Source of the DNA: Candidatus Woesearchaeota archaeon
Lineage (GTDB): Archaea; Nanobdellota; Nanobdellia; Woesearchaeales; GW2011-AR9
DNA: 64,000 nt
Assembly (NCBI GenBank): GCA_023265685.1
Contig: JAHFSP010000001.1
Coordinates: 54,975-118,974 of the forward strand
Direction: 5' to 3'
Below the pieces are notes generated by a model. That model made no database searches and was not told the origin of the DNA. It saw nothing but the letters and a program-made list of their open reading frames with translations. Made by a program: the position numbers and the translations under genes. Shown here one piece after another: positions 57,213 through 64,000 of this stretch (position 1 is the stretch's first letter; every line of letters begins with the position of its first letter).

Positions 57213-58418
57213 ATGTTTTTCCCCATTTTTCTCTCATTAATTCTTGGCATCCTTAGCGGTATCATCACGGGTCTCTGCCCCGGCATTCACGTCAACCTTG
57301 TAACCGTCCTTCTACTCTCTTTCTCCCCCATCCTCTTAGAATTTACTTCACCAATTGTTCTAAGCGTCTACATTATCTCACTTGCTATCACTCACACCTT
57401 TCTAGACACCCTCCCAAGCATCTACCTAGGAGCTCCCGATGATTCAAAAGCCCTCGCGGCCCTTCCAGGTCATCGTCTACTACTCAAAGGTCAAGCCCAT
57501 AACGCTGTACTCTACACCATTCTCGGTTCATTTGGATCTTTACTATTAGGTACTGTTCTTGTTCCCCTCTTTCTCTACGGCATGCTCATCCTCGACCCCA
57601 TTCTTCAAGGCACTATCGGCTATCTTCTTATCATTATCATGACAATCATGATTTTACGTGAGCGCGGCAAACGACTCAAATGCCTCATTATTTTTCTACT
57701 CGCAGGAACACTTGGTGTTCTTGTCTTCACACTTAACAACCTCCACCAACCACTCTTTCACCTCCTCTCCGGACTCTTTGGTCTTTCCCTATTGCTAGTA
57801 AGTTTGTTTGAAACATCATTTCTACCTCAACAAGATTTCTCTATCTCACCAATCATTTCCCGTAAAGACACTATTCAATCCATTAGTGGTGCTACAATTA
57901 TGGGTTTTATTGCCGCTTTTCTTCCTGGATTTGGCTCATCACAAGCAGCCATCATGGCGAGTGCCGCAACTCCTAATATGAACGAAGAAGGATTCTTAAG
58001 TCTTGTAGGTGGCATCAACACTGCCAATATGCTTCTAAGTATCGTCGCCGCCTACACGATCCAAAAGGCGCGAAACGGTGCGATTGTCGGCGTCCAACAA
58101 CTCCTCTCTCAAGTAACCTTCTCCCACATGATTCTTTTTCTTGTTGTTGCGCTCATCAGCGGTGCCGCTGGCACACTCCTCACCATCAAATTCTCCCGTA
58201 TTTTCTCTCGCTACATCACAAAAATAAACTACTCTCTTCTAATAAAAATCATTATTATATTCATAATTTTTCTCTCCATCATCTTTGATGGCCCAATAGG
58301 CTTACTTATCTTAATCACCTCTACATCATTAGGGCTCCTTGCTCATCGTTGGGGCATTGCCAAAAATCACCTCATGGGCTGTCTAGTAATCCCTGTTATC
58401 CTCTATTTTGTACTCTAA
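57213..58418 (+). CDS. TctA-family (DUF112) membrane protein
   Basis: 401-aa polytopic membrane protein with the TctA-like LCPGIH motif near the N-terminus. Strong C-ending codon bias, unlike neighbouring genes. Confidence 0.55.
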   Translation: MFFPIFLSLILGILSGIITGLCPGIHVNLVTVLLLSFSPILLEFTSPIVLSVYIISLAITHTFLDTLPSIYLGAPDDSKALAALPGHRLLLKGQAHNAVLYTILGSFGSLLLGTVLVPLFLYGMLILDPILQGTIGYLLIIIMTIMILRERGKRLKCLIIFLLAGTLGVLVFTLNNLHQPLFHLLSGLFGLSLLLVSLFETSFLPQQDFSISPIISRKDTIQSISGATIMGFIAAFLPGFGSSQAAIMASAATPNMNEEGFLSLVGGINTANMLLSIVAAYTIQKARNGAIVGVQQLLSQVTFSHMILFLVVALISGAAGTLLTIKFSRIFSRYITKINYSLLIKIIIIFIIFLSIIFDGPIGLLILITSTSLGLLAHRWGIAKNHLMGCLVIPVILYFVL

Positions 58419-58633
58419 ATCAGATAAGCAAAAATCTCCCGGATTCTCATAACTCCTAATCTAAGAAAATTCAATCAAAAAATTCCCAACATAAAATGCC
58501 CAAACTCCACAATAAAATCCCTATTAAAAAAAGCAGAATCGACACGAGTACGACATTCAAAATCATTCTTCCACCCTAGTGCATAAATACTCTTGCGGCA
58601 GATCGACCAAATCGACTTCCATCCTACTTAAAA

Positions 58634-60295
58634 TTATCCAAACTTTCCCAAATTAAGCTGCCCTTTTCTTTTTGTGACCGGCACCTCAACAACCTCTTCA
58701 CCAACTTGCTTTTTCACATCAATCGCAATCGCTCTACCAATAATCTGTCCTAATGTAGTAATATCAACCTTCTTAACATCACCTATGTCTCGAATACCTG
58801 CTTGATATAACCGCCGTGCTCTAATTCGACCTATCCCTCTCAACCGTAACAACATCAAAATTTCTTCTCGTACTCCCTCTTCAACACGTATTCCCAAGAC
58901 ATGTAACGGTTTAACAACTTCCCGCAATCCCTCCAATTCACATAAATCTTTTGCAGCTTGTAACAACCAAACGGCAGAATCAACCTTCGCTCTGATTTCA
59001 CCCGGTCGAATATCAAATGTCTCAAGTAAATATTCTTCATCTTTCTCTTCAATCCAATTCTCCAAGAACAAAGCCGTCTTTGCCGCTTTCAAAAAATCAT
59101 CATACTCAAAGTCAAACTGTTTTGGTGAATCCACAAGAAGTGTTCCCTCACGTTTCCACATTTCTTCCTCAATTTTTTGTTGTTCACGTACTCGTATCGA
59201 AAGCAATGGCCTCATTTCTAAACTACTGCAAATAAGGAGTAAAAGTCCAAAAATAGTAGTCCCCCTACTCTTCTTTTCATCAGTCCTATTCTTCTCTAAC
59301 ACCAAACTATAATGAGAAAGACCAACGAGAAATTCATGTGCAGTTAAAGGATCAAGATAAAGCTCCGCTACCCGTCGACCTAATGGGGTTGCAATTAATT
59401 CTTCATTTTTATCTCTATCTACTTTAGACGCTACTCTCTTTTTTACAATCAGTTCACTTGCTGCAACAAAACCATGATACAAATCATTCTTAACATTATT
59501 ATCAATCTTACTCTCAACATCACGTTCAATATTAATAGGAGTAGTTGAAGAAACTGTCACAAATTTCCATTCCCGCAGAAGACAAAGCATTTTCTCAAGA
59601 ATCGACTCCAATTTTTGTAAATCCCCAAATTGGTGTGCCCAAAACGTCTGACCAAAAAAATCTTTCATCCCAGATCTATCTTGAATAATTCCCGTACTAA
59701 TTAAAGACAACAAATGTGTTCGTAGCACAGGCTCAACTGCTAATTTAGAATAAATGCTCTCCGGCTTTCCACAAACATATCGACTGTAGATATCATCTTG
59801 TTCACCTTCATCTTTTGCAATGCTAATCGCTTCTCCAAACGCTTCATACTCTGGACGACCTGCTCGACCAGCCATCTGCAAATACTCTAAAACCGGAATC
59901 CAATCCATTCCCCATTGACCAGAAAAACGTTTTAAACTCTTGATAATTACTCGAAATACAGGTAAAGATAAGCCTGCTGCGAGTGTTGGTGTTGCACAAA
60001 TAATTTTGATTGTTCCCACTCGAAACTGTTCTTCAATAAGATCTTTCTGAGAAGAAGTAAGGCCTGCATGATGAAACGCAACTCCTTTATGTACGCAACG
60101 TGCTAAGCGTCGACATTGGGTTGTTGGAGTAGCCAATGCATCTAGAATATTTTTCTCAAGCTCCGGCAATGAAAATGAGGTTAATTTAGCAATATCTTCT
60201 GCTGTCTTCTCAGCACTTACTCGATTCGCCACAAACACAATCGCCTGCTTATTCGCAGTTATTGTTTCCAGTGCCAAGCGTAACGTCTGATCCAT
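58634..60295 (-). CDS. Hel308/Ski2-like helicase lacking the N-terminal RecA1 domain (truncated gene or pseudogene remnant)
   Basis: Aligns with Hel308 from just before motif IV (IVFVANRVSAEKTAEDIAKL), through motif VI-like region QMAGRAGR (TPTLAAGLSLP is motif V), then WH, ratchet and C-terminal HhH (LRLRGIGRIRARRLYQAGI). There is no Walker A/DEAH. An in-frame stop lies 9 codons upstream of the Met. Confidence 0.65.
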   Translation of the reverse strand: MDQTLRLALETITANKQAIVFVANRVSAEKTAEDIAKLTSFSLPELEKNILDALATPTTQCRRLARCVHKGVAFHHAGLTSSQKDLIEEQFRVGTIKIICATPTLAAGLSLPVFRVIIKSLKRFSGQWGMDWIPVLEYLQMAGRAGRPEYEAFGEAISIAKDEGEQDDIYSRYVCGKPESIYSKLAVEPVLRTHLLSLISTGIIQDRSGMKDFFGQTFWAHQFGDLQKLESILEKMLCLLREWKFVTVSSTTPINIERDVESKIDNNVKNDLYHGFVAASELIVKKRVASKVDRDKNEELIATPLGRRVAELYLDPLTAHEFLVGLSHYSLVLEKNRTDEKKSRGTTIFGLLLLICSSLEMRPLLSIRVREQQKIEEEMWKREGTLLVDSPKQFDFEYDDFLKAAKTALFLENWIEEKDEEYLLETFDIRPGEIRAKVDSAVWLLQAAKDLCELEGLREVVKPLHVLGIRVEEGVREEILMLLRLRGIGRIRARRLYQAGIRDIGDVKKVDITTLGQIIGRAIAIDVKKQVGEEVVEVPVTKRKGQLNLGKFG

Positions 60296-60364
60296 ACCCT
60301 CGTAGAGAGTGTCCGAAATTTAAAGATATCCCTCTAATTGCGTTCAATAAAAAACCAGGCACTT

Positions 60365-61018
60365 TCACTTCACCAACCGATCCAAACCATCATACCCAAC
60401 ATCTCCTAAAAAAGAACTCAAAACATTATTTTCCAATATGGCTGGCTCAAAACTTATTCTATGTATCGTTGGTTTAGTTGTCGACATCTTCACACCAATC
60501 CAATCTTCATTTGGCGATTTCTTAGGTGTTTGTCCAATTTCACGATCAAGATGATAACTACCATCGCCTAATTCAAATTGTACTAATAATGATCTTCCTT
60601 CAGTTATCAAAATGTACGTTCCAGGTTTTTGCACCCCTCTACTTGGCAACCCTAATCCCGGCGAAAAAGTCAGAAAAATTTTACGAACGTAAATCTCCCC
60701 AGTAGTTCTCCTTTCTTGTTGTTCATAGGTAAGACCAAGTCCCACAATTCCATTATCCACAGCTGGTAACGTCTCTCGTCCTTGTCGATCTCGATAAGAA
60801 GTCGCTTCAGATTTCCAAACACTTGGTGTCCCACGTAAAAAACAAAGCCCAGGACCAGCAAAATGATACGTGCATCCAAACTCAGAATGTTTTGCACTCG
60901 TTGTTTGAAACGCATCACGCATTAACCTCTCCTGCTCTGTCACATCTTTAGCAACCAACGCAACAGTATATGGCGCAAGAATTTCACGTAATGTTGATTC
61001 GAATGTACCCATTGTCAA
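60365..61018 (-). CDS. Hypothetical protein immediately upstream of the truncated Hel308
   Basis: 217-aa ORF, co-oriented with Hel308 at a 69-nt spacing. No helicase motifs and no recognised domain. Confidence 0.4.
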   Translation of the reverse strand: MTMGTFESTLREILAPYTVALVAKDVTEQERLMRDAFQTTSAKHSEFGCTYHFAGPGLCFLRGTPSVWKSEATSYRDRQGRETLPAVDNGIVGLGLTYEQQERRTTGEIYVRKIFLTFSPGLGLPSRGVQKPGTYILITEGRSLLVQFELGDGSYHLDREIGQTPKKSPNEDWIGVKMSTTKPTIHRISFEPAILENNVLSSFLGDVGYDGLDRLVK

Positions 61019-61222
61019 TTCTGATTTTCCTCTAATTAAAAAACTACATTAAAAAAATAAAAATTTGTCTCTATTTATAATCAAAAAGCCAGAAAACTCC
61101 AAAATTTATTTTTGGAGATGAATGGCGTTTTCTAGCTTTTTGTTATCACAGAAATCTGGTATTAATGAAAGTGTCGGTCAAACCCCAGCATTTATGCTTG
61201 GGGTCGACACTTTCCCAGATTT

Positions 61223-63574
61223 CTATTGATGTTCAATCACATACACTTTAACCGTAAATGGTTCTTGAGCAACAACAGATAAAGGCTCAACAGGAGGTAC
61301 ATATTGGTCTTCAAGCACATCAACAATCCAAGTATATTCCATTTTATCTCGTCCATCATCAGCAGTTACGGTTACGGTCTTAACACCTGGAGATACAAAG
61401 ACTCTTTCAAGACTTTGTACACCTGCAACTTGAGGCTCATGGTACGTAAAACGCCAAGTATAAGTTAATAAATCATTATCAACATCCTGGGCTGCGGCAT
61501 AAAAAAGGACAGGCTCATTTAAATGAACGGTGATCCGTCGAGGTTGCGGCGAAGTCATATTAAACGTTGGAGCCTGGTTGACATTCTTAACAATCAGTTT
61601 GACCGGATGAGCCACGCTTGCAACAGTATCATTAGCGCTAAAATCAAGCCACAATACTTCTTTTTCAGAATTAAATTGCTTATTCAAAAAGCCGTCTCCA
61701 CTAACCAGATTATTCCACCAACTATCCGTCTTATTTACCACAACATTATAAGGTGCTTTCCAACTAAAACCTTGATCATTAAACACTGCACCAATGGGCA
61801 GATTTGAAAGCTTTACTGTGATCGGATCGCCATCTGGATCAGCTGCACTTACCGGAAAGAAAAATTCTTGACCTTCATTAACAGTAATATCATCATCATC
61901 ATCAATATTCAATGTTGGGGCGCGATTTTTCTTGGCAACAGTAAAAGTAACATTTGTATCAGTCACACGTTCACCATCACTGACCTGAATTGGAACAGTA
62001 TAATCTCCTTGACTATCGTACTTAGTTTTCCATATACCCTGCGAATCTAATGGGCTACCATAAGTATAATAAAGAATATCTCCATCTTGGTCAGAGGCAT
62101 CAGGTTTGACAATAATCATATCCGTTTCCTCAAAATGAAGATTTAAAATTGGTGTAACAACTGGAGCTCGATCAACATTATACACAAACAAATCAACAGA
62201 ACCTTCATTACATAATTCTTGACCGCATACTCGAATATGAATAGGTATTTTTCTCTCTCGAAGGAAATAATGTTCCAAACGAAGAGTATTAAGAACAGTA
62301 CTCCACCATCCTCCTCGTCGCGTAATAAAATCATAACTTGGATCCCAAGTAAGAGTTCTTGTTTTTTGATTAAGAACAGAACCATCAGGAGCATTCTCTA
62401 TAGTAATTGTTAATGCATCACTATCTGGATCCTGAGCATCAACCTGCCAAGTAAGATGCTCTCCTTCACGTACTTCTAGACGTGCTGGTAGGGTAAGACT
62501 AGGAGCACGATCTACATTAAGAACAGTAATCTGAACAGTAATCACTGCATCAACATATCCATCGTTTACTGTAATTTTAACCGTATGCTCCCCTGTTTCA
62601 TTATAGCCAGTTTGCCATTGTCCATTAACAAAAGGCTTTTCATAAGAATATGTAAGAAGATCTCCATCATCATCACGATCGGGAAAGTTCAAATTTACCA
62701 TTTCTCCTTCATAAACAGTAATCGGAGCATGAGAAATAACCGGTTTGCGATTAACATCCTCTACCTCAACAACCCATTCTCTATGAATCGTATTAATCCC
62801 ATCATCAACGTCTAAAGATAAAGTATGTTTACCCGAATTAGAAAAATTAAACATAATATCTTCTTTAGATAATGTAGAAATAGTAGTATTATCCCACTTC
62901 CAATTATAACTCAAGGGATCATTTTCCCCATCTGAAACCTCCACAAAGAAAGAAAATTTCTCTCCCTCTTGCGAAGATAAACTATCCTCATTAGAGAAAA
63001 TTGAAACAATAGTTGGTGGGCTATTAGTAGAGATAACTGTAACTTCCACCCTTCCATCAACGTTAAATTCACCATCACTCACAGTAAACTTTGCAATATA
63101 GACGCCTCGATCTCCATAGGTCGGTCGCCATTCTCCATTCTGATCAAAAGGATTCTCAAATGAAAATTCAAGAGGATCGCCATCAGGATCTTCCACCAAG
63201 TCACGCAAAGTAACAGTTTGTGTTTCTTTAATTGTAACTTTTTGTTCTTTGATAAACGGAGCTTGATTTTTTGTAGCTACAACCAACAAAACCTGTTCAA
63301 AACTTTGTTCTTTACCATCAGAAGCTGTAATATTAACGGTATACTCACCCGCATCTTCATACCTAGTCTGCCACTCCCCATGTTCATTAAGAGGTGAACC
63401 AAATGTAAACACAACAGTATCTTTATCTAAATCTACTGCAGAAGGAATTATTTTAATAAAATCAGTTTCATTTGCATAAAATGTACGAGGCGTTGACGCC
63501 ATAGCATTCGAAGCCATAAATGCGCTAAGAACAAGTACAAAAAACACAGTTATAATAGTTGTGATCGCTTTCAT
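61223..63574 (-). CDS. Large secreted surface protein with tandem cadherin-like/PKD-like repeats
   Basis: Signal peptide MKAITTIITVFFVLVLSAFMASNAMA. At least six ~100-aa repeats carrying DPDGD(P/I)L and NG(E/Q)W...YxV...SDGE motifs. 783 aa. Confidence 0.7.
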   Translation of the reverse strand: MKAITTIITVFFVLVLSAFMASNAMASTPRTFYANETDFIKIIPSAVDLDKDTVVFTFGSPLNEHGEWQTRYEDAGEYTVNITASDGKEQSFEQVLLVVATKNQAPFIKEQKVTIKETQTVTLRDLVEDPDGDPLEFSFENPFDQNGEWRPTYGDRGVYIAKFTVSDGEFNVDGRVEVTVISTNSPPTIVSIFSNEDSLSSQEGEKFSFFVEVSDGENDPLSYNWKWDNTTISTLSKEDIMFNFSNSGKHTLSLDVDDGINTIHREWVVEVEDVNRKPVISHAPITVYEGEMVNLNFPDRDDDGDLLTYSYEKPFVNGQWQTGYNETGEHTVKITVNDGYVDAVITVQITVLNVDRAPSLTLPARLEVREGEHLTWQVDAQDPDSDALTITIENAPDGSVLNQKTRTLTWDPSYDFITRRGGWWSTVLNTLRLEHYFLRERKIPIHIRVCGQELCNEGSVDLFVYNVDRAPVVTPILNLHFEETDMIIVKPDASDQDGDILYYTYGSPLDSQGIWKTKYDSQGDYTVPIQVSDGERVTDTNVTFTVAKKNRAPTLNIDDDDDITVNEGQEFFFPVSAADPDGDPITVKLSNLPIGAVFNDQGFSWKAPYNVVVNKTDSWWNNLVSGDGFLNKQFNSEKEVLWLDFSANDTVASVAHPVKLIVKNVNQAPTFNMTSPQPRRITVHLNEPVLFYAAAQDVDNDLLTYTWRFTYHEPQVAGVQSLERVFVSPGVKTVTVTADDGRDKMEYTWIVDVLEDQYVPPVEPLSVVAQEPFTVKVYVIEHQ

Positions 63575-63817
63575 TCTACACCAATATAATATTTAATATT
63601 AGGTCAATATAATTTAGGTATCATTTAGGGCATACTTGTTTTTACCTAAATTAACTACAACAACATCCACCAAGTTTTAATCTCACAACATCTCTTCTTT
63701 TTGACTTTTTTCAATTCTCTTTAATTTTTCAAGTTTAACATTTTCCAAAAAAAACAAAAAATGAAAGAAAACATTATCATTCGAAGCACTATTAAAAAGC
63801 TCAAACGGTTTGTATTT

Positions 63818-64000
63818 TTATCTCTTTTGAAGCGAAACATCAACAATTTCAGGAGCTTTGTTAATATCTTCAACAACAATACGTACTTTCTTAGTTACAG
63901 TATCCTTGCCATCCGCAGCAGTAACGGTAATGAAATATTCTCCATGGGTGGTAAAATCCGTTTTCCATTCCCCGTCGTTGCCGACAGGATCACTTATCGT
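63818..64000 (-). CDS. C-terminal fragment of a second repeat-domain surface protein (5' part beyond window end)
   Basis: Minus-strand frame gives ...ISDPVGNDGEWKTDFTTHGEYFITVTAADGKDTVTKKVRIVVEDINKAPEIVDVSLQKR*, the same repeat type as 61223..63574. Confidence 0.55.
   Translation of the reverse strand, partial: TISDPVGNDGEWKTDFTTHGEYFITVTAADGKDTVTKKVRIVVEDINKAPEIVDVSLQKR

Noticed and set aside
1-64000. Search for CRISPR arrays, integrases, prophage or plasmid modules, and inteins in the large informational proteins
   Set aside because: No short regularly spaced direct repeats, no tyrosine or serine recombinase, and no phage structural genes were seen. LeuRS, EF-2, Topo VI B, DnaG and Hef have normal lengths with no intein-sized insertions.

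Overview
This is a low-GC archaeal chromosomal window; the organism is not identified, but gene content is archaeal (L7Ae, S28e, L24e, L10e, aEF-2, archaeal DnaG primase, Topo VI A/B, Hef, Hel308, RIO kinase plus a KH/Dim2-like protein, and archaeal-type Leu/Trp/Arg-tRNA synthetases). Most of it is dense, recognisable housekeeping coding sequence. An accessory stretch of roughly 21.1-28.2 kb sits between the ribosomal-protein cluster and hef. It carries a Nudix hydrolase, two tandem secreted Cys-rich paralogs, an ArsR-like regulator, a SIMPL protein, an IS200-type TnpA element with hairpin ends, lipoproteins, and a RelE-type toxin-antitoxin cassette flanked by direct repeats of about 115 bp. 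The most unusual signal is a three-member paralogous family of about 225 aa cytoplasmic proteins (1247..1921, 27520..28197, 33230..33910, all minus strand). Each copy has a conserved TATA-containing promoter. Copies 2 and 3 share a roughly 235-nt near-identical N-terminal tract. All three have a hypervariable C-terminal tail of about 25 codons rich in Asn/Tyr/Gly/Ser/Asp. Copies 1 and 2 have conserved hairpins spanning the stop codon, with compensatory base changes. Together this fits a diversified target-gene family (DGR-like or gene-conversion driven) of unknown function. Other notable items are a VapBC pair inserted into the conserved EF-2/NDK/L24e/S28e/L7Ae cluster, two tandem eukaryotic-like Ser/Thr kinases, a GGDEF-domain protein (rare in archaea), an N-terminally truncated Hel308 paired with an unknown ORF, a fused PyrB-PyrI, an intron-containing tRNA-Arg(UCU), two GC-rich candidate ncRNA islands, and a compositionally anomalous TctA-like gene. 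All calls rest on reading the sequence and recalling family motifs; no database searches were run.
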